A DNA stretch of 64,000 bases. It comes from Chiloscyllium plagiosum. Taxonomy: Eukaryota. The position numbers were made by a program, and so were the translations under genes. The first letter of the stretch is position 1, and every line of letters starts with the position of its first letter. This document shows, piece after piece, positions 10,766 to 22,775 of the stretch. Location of the stretch: the NCBI RefSeq assembly GCF_004010195.1, contig NC_057719.1, positions 3,819,208 through 3,883,207 of the forward strand, in the 5' to 3' direction. The notes under the pieces are model-generated. The model had not been told where the DNA came from. It saw only the letters and a list, made by a program, of their open reading frames with translations, and did not search any database.

Positions 10766-11789
10766 TTATCTTGAATGTTCAATGTCTCTGGGAAAACCGT
10801 GATGACTTTATAGCTGCTTGTGGGCAGAACAGTTGAGAATCTTCCATCTTTTCTGTGGCCTGACTAATGTCTCCCAAACTTTCCCCATTTGACCACGTTT
10901 GTTTCAGCCTTTAATCTGCTTGACGTTATCCCTTAATTACTGGCCTTGTGATGTCCCCGCGTCTGTGACAGGGGATTAATAGTCTTGTGATGGCCCTTTG
11001 CTTGTATTTCTGTGACTTTTCCCTCATGGTACCCACTCGCTCCAGCAGTGATGCTTGATCTGAGCTGTAAGTAATTCTTTAACATGTCACTTTTCTAATC
11101 AAGGTTAATACACTTTGCTAAAAGATTCCCCTCACAACTAGGCATTTTAAGCTGTACTCACCAAGCCTTTATGTCTGTCCACTCCCCACAGAAATCTGAC
11201 TTGGGACTGCTCCTACAGGCAGCTCTCAAAGCTGTTTTTTAGAGTTATTGGCTCTCTTTCCCCAGTGAGTTGCTAACTCTCCAAGTTGGAAATGCTTTTC
11301 CTTTTTACTAGAGTATTCTTCTTTTTGGAGGATTTCCATAAGGGTTTCTTCTGTAGGGATGTTGAATCCTGAGCTCTTGGCTGCTGCTGACTGTATTGTA
11401 TGTACTATACAGGTGACTTAAAGTAGAGTCTGAAGATTTCACATTGTTGCTCACCATGCCGTATGAGCTGTCAAGTCAAATCAAATCCACACTGCTGCTG
11501 ACAATGTGGCCTGGGCTTGCAGGCTCACTATGCATGATGAAAGTTGCTGACACCATGATCGACGTGGAGGAAGCACAGGGCTGGTGTATTCCGGTGTGGG
11601 ACTGGTCTAACTCGAACAGTCTCTTTTTACTTAACAAGATATATTGTGTTTGTGTATTAGCAGCTGGTGACAGCTTACATTGATATGATAGATACTGTTA
11701 CAGAAGCTTTAGGGAGGGCCTGATGATAGATCTCACACTCTTGAGGTCCTATGGAATTCTGCATAAAATGTCCACATGATATCATATCA

Positions 11790-13960
11790 TAAAATCACAG
11801 AATTGTTATGGTACAGGAGAGAATATTTGACCCAATATATCTGCACTGATTCATGTGCCAGTCACCTGCCTTTTCCCAGGAAACCTGCACATTGTTTTTA
11901 TCTACAAAATGCCCGCTTGAATGCTTCAATTGAATCTCCATCACATTTTCAGGAATTGCATTCCATGTCCTAACTACCCACTGTGTGAAAAAGTTCCTTT
12001 TCAACTCATGCTCGCTTTTTATGCAAAACACCTTAAAATGGTGCCTTTTGGTTCTGAATCCATTGATTAGCAGAAACAGTTTCTACCAAGCCACTCCATC
12101 CAGAACATGGAACAGTACAACACTAAAGTAGGTTTTTCATTGCTTTTCAATTTCATCATTTTGGAAATTTCTAAAATATCTCCTCTTAGCCTTCCCCTCT
12201 CCAAGGAAAACAGCCCTGAAATTTCCAATTTTCCCTCATATCTGAAGTTTTCCATTTTTGGAATGATTTTCATAAACCTTTTCTGCACTTTCTCTAATGT
12301 ATGTGCTTCACCCAGAACTGTACACAGTATTCCAGCTGAGGTCTAGCCAGCATCCTATATAACCCCCCGACTCTTGTACTCTGTGCTCCTACATATGATG
12401 CCAAGCTCAACACTGTGTGTTTTATTAACAGCTCTATCTACCTGTCCTGCTAACCTTAATGACCCCGGTACATATAAACCTAGGTCTCTGCTCCTGCATA
12501 CCTTTCAGAACAGTACTCTTTATTTTATGTCTCCTTACATTCATTGTACCAAAGAGCATCACCTCACACTTCTCCATGTTGAACTTCATCTGCCACCCGA
12601 CCGCCCACTTCATCAACTTGTCAATGTCCTTTTGAAGTTCTACACTGACCTCCTTACAGATTACAATGCTTCTAAGTTGTGTGTCATCTGCACACTTTGA
12701 AACTATCTCTTGGACACCAAGATCCAGATCATTTATATATAACAGGAAGAAAAGGGTCCCAATACTGATCCTGGGGAACCCCACTAAAACATTTTGCCAG
12801 CCCCAAAACACCCATTAATCATTAGTCAGTTTTCTATCCCTAGTTAATTTTGTATTCATGTTACTATTGTCCTTTTATTGCTTGATCGATAAATTTTCCC
12901 ACAAGTCTGTTGACTGGCATGGTATTGGATGCTTTTGGGAAATCCATGTACATATCGACAGTCTTTTCCTTCTCAGTGTTCTCTGTTATCCTTTCAAAAA
13001 ACAAGCGAGTTAGACAGAAATGTTCTTTCCCAAATCCATGCAGACTCGTGTCAATCAGTCCACATTTTTCCTGGACTCATGCCACTCTCTATGAACTCTT
13101 GCTCTTCTCTGACCTTTACATAACCACTTTACCAGAGGATAAACAAGTTCCCCAATATAACTGCTCTATGATGTTTATACTACTCTCTAATTTCTTTACA
13201 GATTTCTTCCTCTACATCCTTCCCACCAGCTGGTGGTCTGTATTTTGCACCAAAGGATGTAATTGCACTGATTTATTTGCGTTCACTTATTCATTAGCTT
13301 TAGCCAAATTAATTCTGTGTTTGAACCCTCTGAAGCATCCTCTTTCACCAGTCCTGCAATGTTCTCCTTAGTAAAAACACATCATCCCTCATCTTTGTTT
13401 TCTTTTCCTATCATTTCTGAACTCCTTGTAATGTGGAATGTTTAACATCCTTCAGTATGGCTACAACAAAATTGCAGACGGCAATCTGCACCTGTAACTC
13501 CCCAAACCTATAATTATACTCTGTGTGTTCACATGCCTGCAGGTTTGCCCTGGTTTAGACATGGTTACTGTCTCGCTTCCTCTGTCTCCAATTTATTGTT
13601 CTCTGTTTTAGTGCCATCTGCCTCTTCCAGAAATTTCATCCCTCCTGGGATGAATTTCTAATATTCTCTCTTGATTCCCACACCCTTGCTGAATTAGCCT
13701 AAACCCTCCGCAAAAATACTAACAGAGTAACTTGCAAGAAACTCAGACCCAACTCTGTGCAACCTACCTTGTTTGTATATGTGACATCTTCCCAAGAGTC
13801 AGTCCCCACATCCCAAAAGATATAAAGCCCTGCCTCCTGCACCATCTTTGCTGCCATGCATTCATCTGCTTTATCCTTCTACTTTCTTTCCTCACTTGGC
13901 ATGTGGCACTGGAGGTAACCCAGAGATTACTAGAGATCCTGTTTGCTAATTTTCTACTCA
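11790..13960 (-). mobile_element. Old, internally deleted CR1 LINE (ORF1 esterase remnant, RT, 3' end)
   Basis: LFFLLYINDLD...SKCADDT...WQMKFNMEKCEV; QKRFMKIIP...RLRGDILE; RRIKQMNAWQQRWCRRQGF. Confidence 0.8.
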
Positions 13961-14405
13961 CCATCCTAAATTCCGATTGTGGGAATTACTTTAACTTAAT
14001 AGTACCAGAGTAAGCTTAAAGTGACTAAAAACTGGAGATGAGCAGAAAATCAAAACACTTATCCTTATTCAAACCAACTCCACCTCCTGTGCCGATAAAT
14101 TCTTTCTTTCCTTGTGCTAGTTTTGAAATATATACTTGAATACCTCAGGTGTTTAGTCTGCTATAAAAACAAACAAACCGTAATTCAGTAACCACAACAA
14201 AGACAGCTAATACTTAATAAGCATCTTGAAACTATCAATTAATCTTTGAAGTCAGAACGCCTACTGAGATAAGAAGAGCAATCTTTGGTTGCTGGTGATG
14301 GTGGGCTGGATGCAGAAGGGTATTTAACTCAGTTGGATGGTGGAATGTCCATACAAAGTTCATGAGAACTAAATTCTGGCCATGGTCAACCTTCTCACAC
14401 ATGTT

Positions 14406-14502
14406 AGGTAAAAACAATGACTGCAGATGCTGGAAACCAGATTCTGGATTAGTGGTGCTAGAAGAGCACAGCAATTCAGGCAGCATCCGAGGACAGGCAA
14501 AA
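14406..14502 (-). mobile_element. Short Penelope-like family A insertion
   Basis: 13 bp TSD TCTCACACATGTT at 14393-14405 and 14503-14515. Confidence 0.75.
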
Positions 14503-16874
14503 TCTCACACATGTTGTCAATTTAGGCCCTTAAGTGTTCAATTAAGCACAAAATTAGCACCACAACTTACCACCACTGGGATTAACATATTTCTAAGTGG
14601 GAGCTTGCCTCAATCAAAGGTAACAACTTTCTGGATGAGGATGTGGACTTCAGGTGGCTGGTGCCCACTGCAAACCAGCTCACTGCCTTTGCTTTCAGCT
14701 CCCTAGTCCCCTCAACCCAAAACACCACACCACCTTCAACATCACTTTTCTTTGTTGGGAATTGTACATAATGCTTGGACTCTGGAGATCCTCTTCAAGT
14801 AACTTCCTCTTTGCTGCAACTGATCATAGAATTTGCTAGGTTCCAATTGGCTGACTGTGCTCGCTAGGCAGGATTCCCACCTCTATGGATCTGATCACAG
14901 GGGAAAGCCCATCATTGGCCTTCCCATGTCCTGATTGGCTTATGGTTCAATGGAAGAGACTTCTCTTGAAAGAGGCTGCTTGGACTTTTAGCTGGCTCTG
15001 CCGAGACTCAAAAACATTCTGTCCAAATGCTTTTGTAGCTCTTGAAACTCAGTCAAGAATTCACAATGGCATCTACTCATTGGCACATCCTAGTGAGCTT
15101 TTAATAAAGAACTCTTTTGAAATTATGCTTATGATTCTTCTAACCTGCACCAGATGTTCTGTCAATTAAAATCGAAGATTTTGTTTTAAAAACTCTCACA
15201 CCTTCGATCTGTTTCTTTGTTTTTAAAGGGTTTGGAATTTAAAGAAACTTCAAATCTTGGCACTGAAATGGTCCTTATCCACATTTCAAGAATGTTTATG
15301 TTTACTTAATCAATTCTTAACTCCCACACTGCAGGTTTAAGCCCTCAAAATAGTGCAAATGCGATTTGCTTAAACAGAGCATTAATTTCAAATGGCCCTG
15401 CTTGTTTGGGTTTCCAAACTCTGTCATTCACATGCTGCCCTTTCCCCCAGCAGCAAACATTGGAGCTGTCAGAAATGGGAAGAGACTGGGGCTGACCCAA
15501 CCCTGCAAAATCCTGGCCGTTGAGCACAAATATAGGCTAATATTTCAGTACAGCACTAAGGGAGTGCAGGAAACCCCATTAAAATATGTTAGAGAAGAGC
15601 AGGGCAGTTCACCACAGACTTGTTAACAAATTGGGTTGTTGCATTTCCTACATTCCAACTGTTACCGCAATTTAGAAATTCTTTGTTGTCTGCAAAGTAC
15701 TTTGGAATATCCTACAGATGTGAGAGGCACTTTAGAATTCTTTTTAAAGACAGAGCCAAGCAGGGACAGAGTTGCAATCACACTGAGTGAGAGGTAATGT
15801 TTCCTGAACCTGTCAGAACTGGAAGGTAGCTGAGTGATAAGTGGAATTTCTCCAAATAATCTGGAGAAACCTCCCACTATTATAAGACTATTAACATTTT
15901 ATTACTCTTATTTAAGTTTAATCCCCTCCTGAGAGGCCCTTAAAACCTGCAGGTGTTAGCAAAGTTTATGCACAGATGTGCTGGGAAGCTGTGGGGTTTA
16001 TAGAGAGCTTGAAAAGTGCATTGGTTTTTTAACTGCCTTCCTCCTGTCAATTATTAACAAGCACCTCAGTGTCCTTCTCATCCATAGTCTAGAGTCAATG
16101 CAAGCAATGTTGTTGGCTAAGTGCAGTTGTTTTACCAATGCTACCAATACCAGGAGAGTACACAAGATGATGCAAATTAACACTAACCCTCACCACTCCC
16201 TGCCAACACAGAGGGAGGGTGTCAAGTTGGATCCTGGTGTGCGCTAAGGTAAGCAAACTCAGTGAAAAGTGGGAATTGTCACATTGTTCAGAAGCATTTC
16301 AAAAGTGCTTCTAACATCTTGATTTTTTTACACTGCAGAATCCACCAGACAGCAATGACGTGAGTGACCAGTTCATCTGTTTTGTGGAGCTCACTGACTG
16401 GAATATTCCTCATTCCAGATGAAGGGCTTTTGTCCAAAACATCGATTTTCCTGTTCCTTGGATGCTGCCTGACCTGCTGTGCTTTGCCAGCACCACTCTA
16501 ATCTTGACTGGAATATTGGCTAATACACCAGGAGGAATCTCTCTTCTTCACCAGATAGAGTAATCAGGTTTTTTAACAGACACTCAACAAAAGTAACAGA
16601 GCCTTTGGTTTAATTTTGCACCAGTGAGGCAGCACCTCTGACAATCAGCAGTCTCTCAGCACTATCTTGGACAAGACCATGAGCTTAGTTACAGAAATGG
16701 CCTGTAAACTGCAAACCTAAGAAAGTTGTTTGGTTTCTGCTTCGATTTAACTTGGTAGAGAATATCTATCTGGAATCTTATTTAAAGGGCATCATATGGA
16801 GTGCGTGTGAGAAACTGAGAATCTAGCTCGGCTGTGTTACTTACTCTCAACTAAATAAACTGGAATCCTGAGGT

Positions 16875-17880
16875 TGATTTGATTGATTATTGTCACATAT
16901 ACTGCGATACAATGAAAAGTGTTTTGTATACTCTACAGGCAGATCGTACCATACAAAGCTCATCAGGTAGCAGAACAGAGTGGAGAATACAATCTTACAA
17001 CCACAGAGAAGATGCAGAGAGAAAGATCAGAAGTAACATTTGAGAGGTCCATTCAAAAGTCTGATAGCAGTGGGGAAGGAGCTGTTCTTGAATCTATTCA
17101 TATGTGCATTCAAACTTTATATCTTCTGTCTGACGGAAGAAGGTGGAAGAGAGAATAACCGGAGTGAGAGGGGTCTTTGATTATGTTGGTTGCTTTCCCA
17201 AGGCAGCAGGTAGTATAGATGGGGTCATTGGATGGAAAGCTGGTTTGGGTGAGGGATTGGCCTGCATTCATGTGGTTTCTTGCTGTCTTGGGAAAAGCAG
17301 TTGCCGTACCACATTGTGATGTATCCAGATAGGATCCTTTATATGGTGCATCTATAAAAATTGGTATGTGTCCTTGTGGATATGCTGAATTGCCTTAGCC
17401 TCCTGAGGAAGGAAAGGAGTTGTGCTTTCTTGACTGTTGCATTGATGTGGGTGGACCAGGACAGATTGTTGGTGATTGTCACTCCCAGTAACTTGGAAGC
17501 TCCGACCATCTCCACCTCAGTACTAGTGATGCAGACAGGACCATGCCCTCCACTCCACTTCCTAAAGTCAATGACCAGCTCTTTTGTTTTGCTGACCTCA
17601 GTGAAGAGATTGTTATCTTTACATCATGCCACTAAGCAATCGATCTCTTTCCTTCATTCCATCTCACTGTTGTTTGAGATCTGACCTACAGCTGTGGTGT
17701 CGGCAGCAAACTTGTAAATTGGTGCAGAATTTGGCCACACAGTCTGAGTGTATAAGGAGTATAGTAGGGGGCTGAGTATGCAGCCATGTGAGGCACCAGT
17801 GTTAAGGGTTATTGTTGAGGGGTTTTGTCACCTATTCTTACTGATTGCGGTCTATGGGTCAGGAGTTGAGGATCCAGTTA
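16875..17880 (-). mobile_element. Rex1/Babar-clade LINE, RT and 3' end
   Basis: Minus-strand VSKTKELVIDFRK motif at ~17560-17597, a KFAADT-like RT core remnant near 17700, and an (AATCA)n tail. Confidence 0.75.
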
Positions 17881-17928
17881 CATGGTTGGGGGGAGAGCAG
17901 AGGAACCGAGACCTAGGTCTATGGGTTT

Positions 17929-18377
17929 AGAGTCATAGAGATGTACAGCATGGAAACAGACCCTTCGGTCCAACCTGTCCATGCCAACCAGATATCCCAA
18001 CCCAGTCTAGTCCCACCTGCCAGCACCCGGCCCATATCCCTCCAAACCCTTCCTATTCATATACCCATCCAAATGCCTCTTAAATGTTGCAATTGGACCA
18101 GCCTCCACCACTTCCTCTGGCAGCTGGACCAGATGGGCCAATGGGCTGAGAAGTGGCAAATGGAGTTTAATTCAGATAAATGCAAAGTGTTGCATTTTGG
18201 GAAAGCAAGTCTTAGCAGGACTTATACACTTAATGGTAAGGTCCTAGGGAGTGTTGCTGAACAAAGAGACCTTGGAGTGCAGGTTCATGATTTCTTGAAA
18301 GTGGAGTCGCAGGTAGATAGGATAGTGAAGAAGGCGTTTGGTATGCTTTCCTTTATTGATCAGAGTATTGAGTACAA
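17929..18377. mobile_element. HER1/CR1 fragment with an internal inversion (3' tail on minus 17929-18122, RT piece on plus 18123-18377)
   Basis: Reverse-complement tail joined directly to LDQMGQWAEKWQMEFNSDKCKVLHFG. Confidence 0.75.
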
Positions 18378-19172
18378 GATCTGGATCAGTGGTGCTGGAA
18401 CAGCACAGCAATTCAGGCAGCATCCGACGAGCAGCAAAATCGACGTTTCGGGCAAAAGCCCTTCNNNNNNNNNNNNNNNNNNNNNNNNNNNNNNNNNNNN
18501 NNNNNNNNNNNNNNNNNNNNNNNNNNNNNNNNNNNNNNNNNNNNNNNNNNNNNNNNNNNNNNNNNNNNNNNNNNNNNNNNNNNNNNNNNNNNNNNNNNNN
18601 NNNNNNNNNNNNNNNNNNNNNNNNNNNNNNNNNNNNNNNNNNNNNNNNNNNNNNNNNNNNNNNNNNNNNNNNNNNNNNNNNNNNNNNNNNNNNNNNNNNN
18701 NNNNNNNNNNNNNNNNNNNNNNNNNNNNNNNNNNNNNNNNNNNNNNNNNNNNNNNNNNNNNNNNNNNNNNNNNNNNNNNNNNNNNNNNNNNNNNNNNNNN
18801 NNNNNNNNNNNNNNNNNNNNNNNNNNNNNNNNNNNNNNNNNNNNNNNNNNNNNNNNNNNNNNNNNNNNNNNNNNNNNNNNNNNNNNNNNNNNNNNNNNNN
18901 NNNNNNNNNNNNNNNNNNNNNNNNNNNNNNNNNNNNNNNNNNNNNNNNNNNNNNNNNNNNNNNNNNNNNNNNNNNNNNNNNNNNNNNNNNNNNNNNNNNN
19001 NNNNNNNNNNNNNNNNNNNNNNNNNNNNNNNNNNNNNNNNNNNNNNNNNNNNNNNNNNNNNNNNNNNNNNNNNNNNNNNNNNNNNNNNNNNNNNNNNNNN
19101 NNNNNNNNNNNNNNNNNNNNNNNNNNNNNNNNNNNNNNNNNNNNNNNNNNNNNNNNNNNNNNNNNNNNNNNN

Positions 19173-19312
19173 GTTAGGTGAATTGGCCATGCTAAATTGC
19201 CCGTAGTGTTAGGAAAGGGGTAAATGTAGGGGTATGGGTGGGTTGCGCTTCGGCCGGGCGGTGTGGACTTGCTGGGCTGAAGGGCCTGTTTCCACACTGT
19301 AAGTAATCTAAT
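19173..19312 (+). mobile_element. HE1-type SINE, 3' half (after gap)
   Basis: GTGAATTGGCCATGCTAAATTG...GGGCCTGTTTCCACACTGTAAGTAATCTAATC. Confidence 0.85.
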
Positions 19313-21220
19313 CAGTCTACTCTAGCTCCTAATTCATCCATTCATATTTTCCGATTTCATTTTGAAATAGGAATATTCATATTAAATATGATACCTTCAT
19401 CTTTTCAACAATGCATTCCTGATTAAAACAATGACAGTATTAAATAAAAGTCTCCACATCTCTCTTGTTATTTTGTCAATGGTCTTATATCTATAACCTC
19501 TGGTTACTGACCCTCCTGTCAGTATTTACCCAATTAAAGAATCCCTTACTTGTGACATTGCAATTTTGCACAGAAGTTAAATTATCCTGAGGATTATATA
19601 ATGAAACAAGTGATTCCCTGGGTACATGTTTCCCCACGTAAATGAATGCTGCAACTTGTGTCAGCTTGACATCAACTGATTGACTAAGAAATTTTTCATA
19701 AGGATAAAGAAACTACAGCAACGTTCTCATTCTCTGGAATTAACAGGAATTCTCAACTACCAGCAATTAACTGGTGTAGGTTTCCCTGCTCTGGGAACTG
19801 ATTATTTGCTCTCCTTTCTCTCCCTCTCTCTTTCTGTCCCCCTTCTTTGATCAAACCTCAATGTTATTTCTGAGCAGCCCTGGCTACAACCTGGTTATGC
19901 ACATTCATGTAACCGATACTCCCCATTCCCAGAGGGTGCCAGATACAGGGGAGTTTACTTCGCTTGCATTTTAATAGAGCTTTTCTTGATGTCAGAATGT
20001 CTCTAAGTGTCTGACTGCCAAAGAAGTAATTTTAAAATATGATCAACACTGCAAAGTTGGAAATGCTGCAAACAATTTGCAGGTAAACAGCAATGAGATC
20101 ATTTGTTTGCACTAATGTTTTGTGAAGCTTAAACTGGAGAAAACATCATAGAGAATCCTCACTGCTGACCATATTGATGTATTCAGCTGTCTACACTATT
20201 GTTCACTATATGGCACATAGCTTTCTTGCCACTATCCTCTTTTAGGGTAGAAGCATAGAAACAAGATTAGGCCATTCAGCCCATCGAGCCTGATCTGCAG
20301 TTCAATCAGATCGTGCCTGATCATCTACTTCCATGCTACTATCTCCATTTTCTTTGATGTTATTCTGATTTAACTGGAAAAAATGTGCCCCAGTGTCCCA
20401 TAAGCTGTCGCAGAATGAAATGTCACAATTAGACCCCAAGATGACCAATTTGTCTAAATGACTGCTATTCAGCATAAGGGCAATTTATGTCAAGATTGAT
20501 CATTAACAGAAAATAACTATTTATTACAAGACATTTAACTTTAACAAAAAGCTGAGAATAAAAATGAATTCCTAATCTACTGCTATGTGATTTAAATTAA
20601 CCTGATGTTTCAAAATTTCAAAAGATTGAGCAGACAGAAAGAACCTGTGAATGCATTATACCTGATAGGCGCGTGTACCTTGGAGGAATGTATATCATGT
20701 CCTATTTCCTTAAAGGATCAGTGTACCATTGATCCTTTAAGGGCATTTTCTTCAATCTACCACAAGTCAACCAACCCCGCATTCTCTCATTTTTTTTCCC
20801 CTTGTTTAGATTTAAGGCCTAGTTTCAGAATGGAATATATTGCATTCAAACTTGATGCATTTTGTCTATATTATGGTTGTTGTTGCCCACAGATTCCTTG
20901 ATGGTAATTATTACTTAGCCCTTTCTCAGCATATAAAACTACATTTAAGAGAACGTGATCCCTATTTGGTTCCATCTCTTATATGCACTCCAAGAATTCA
21001 CCATCCACAGCATTAGTGCTGATTTGTTTAACGCAGTCTATATGTAAGCTGTTCTCACCTATTATTACGGTTTTACCCATGTTACATGCATCTTTAATTT
21101 CCTGATTCATATTTTTCTCTACATTAGCATCATAGTTGGGTCACCATTAACAACTCTCATCAAATGTTGCTATCCTTTGCTTTTTTGTAGGGCCACCCTA
21201 TAAGGACAATGCAACCCATC

Positions 21221-21430
21221 TGTAGTGATTGGAACCAGGACCAGGTGGATCTCATTGACGATGCGATCCTTAATTGGGGTTGTTAGTCTGGGCCGGAGAG
21301 CCCTGGATGACAGGGAGTGTCAGGTCTCCTCTGTCTAGGGACTGGCTCTGAGCTGACTGGTCAGAGCCCATGCACATGTAAATAAAGAGTGTCTTGGTGA
21401 CTGGATACTGGCCTTTGTGTAGTCATTTCA
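21221..21430 (+). mobile_element. Uninterrupted solo LTR related to the 4561-8687 LTR
   Basis: TGTAGTG...ATTTCA ends, shared CCAGGTG, GGAGTGTC, CTGGCTCTGAG and AAATAAAG blocks; flanks CCATC/CTATC (5 bp TSD, 1 mismatch). Confidence 0.75.
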
Positions 21431-21728
21431 CTATCCATCCATCCTTCTTGCCCCAAACCAATCTCAATGTCTCAGAAATCTGATATCCCTCCTCCTGCAC
21501 CAGCTCTCCATCTACACTGTGTATTTGACCTGGTGTCTCAAGGAAAACCCAACAAGAAAAACATCTTGTCTGAAACAAGATCTAGTTAATTGCATGCTAG
21601 CAACAAGTTATACTGATATGTTGGAGATTGCCCTGCCTGGTTAGACAGTTGTTATTCCACAATGGATGAGAGATGCATGTGAGGGAACTGCAGTATCCTC
21701 ATTGCAGTATATGCTGAAGGAACTGACC

Positions 21729-21975
21729 ATAGAGTCATAGAGATGTACAGCATGGAAACAAACCCTTCGGTCCAACCTGTCCATGCCAACCTGCTCCTTG
21801 GATGCTGCCTGAACTGCTGTGCTCTTCCAGCACCACTAATCCAGAATCTGGTTTCCAGCATCTGCAGTCATTGTTTTTACCTACCAGACATCCCAACCCA
21901 ATCTAGTCCCACCTGCCAGCACCCAGCCCATATCCCTCCAAACTCTCATATACCCATCCAAATGCCTCTTAAATG
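21729..21975 (-). mobile_element. HER1 3' tail interrupted by a family A repeat (21791-21881)
   Basis: CATAGAGTCATAGAGATGTACAGC... tail resumes after the insert. Confidence 0.75.
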
Positions 21976-22594
21976 GTGCAAGACCAGAATTGAATTTTCC
22001 ACTGGGCATTAACTTTGTGGATTTTTACTTATATCAGAGACTCTGGAGGGTCCAATCCAAATCCCACCCCCATTCAGATCCACCTTCTCCCACCATGCTG
22101 CAGGAATTGACACAAGACTCCTCCCCTCTGCTGGACCTGGCCTGACCCAATCATATGTCTCCCACAAACCAGTCCTGACCTGAATCCCCTGCCCCTGACC
22201 TAAACCCTTCNNNNNNNNNNNNNNNTTTCTCCTACCCACTCATCTACCCTAAACATTGCATCCCCCATCTGGCCTACCTACGCTCTGCACACTACACACT
22301 TGGCACTTTTTCCCCTTCCACTTGGCATCCTACTGAGCTGTTATCCAGATGGATTCTATTCAGTTGTTACCCTAGCCTCTACCTATCTGGCAACATGTAC
22401 AGCTGATATTCTACCAACTTGACATCTTACCCTCTACTCAGTTGACATCCTGCACTTGGCACTTTACTCCCTTTCTAGTTGGCACCCTATCTGTCTCATA
22501 CCCTTCCAGTACTCTAACATCATACTTTATGAACTTACTGCTTGACGGCACCTATAAGTTTCATAATACAGCAGCTGACTGCAGTGAAAAAGGG

Positions 22595-22775
22595 TCAAGA
22601 GTGTGGTGCTGGAGATGCACAGCAGATCAGGCAGCATCTGAGGAGCAGGAGAGTTGATGTTTCGGGCAAAAGCCCTTTGTTCTCCTGCTCCTCGGATGCT
22701 GCCTGACCTGCTGCGCTTTTCCAGCACCACACTCTCAACTCTAATCTCCAGCATGTGCAATCCTCACTTTCGCCT
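22595..22775. mobile_element. Inverted pair of family A repeats
   Basis: Reverse-complement arms meeting at the GGGCAAAAGCCC hammerhead stem II. Confidence 0.75.

Noticed and set aside
17941..19297. Long ORFs of 276-421 aa (also the ORFs at 4884-5495)
   Set aside because: They run through N-gaps; the real portions are LINE, SINE or repeat sequence
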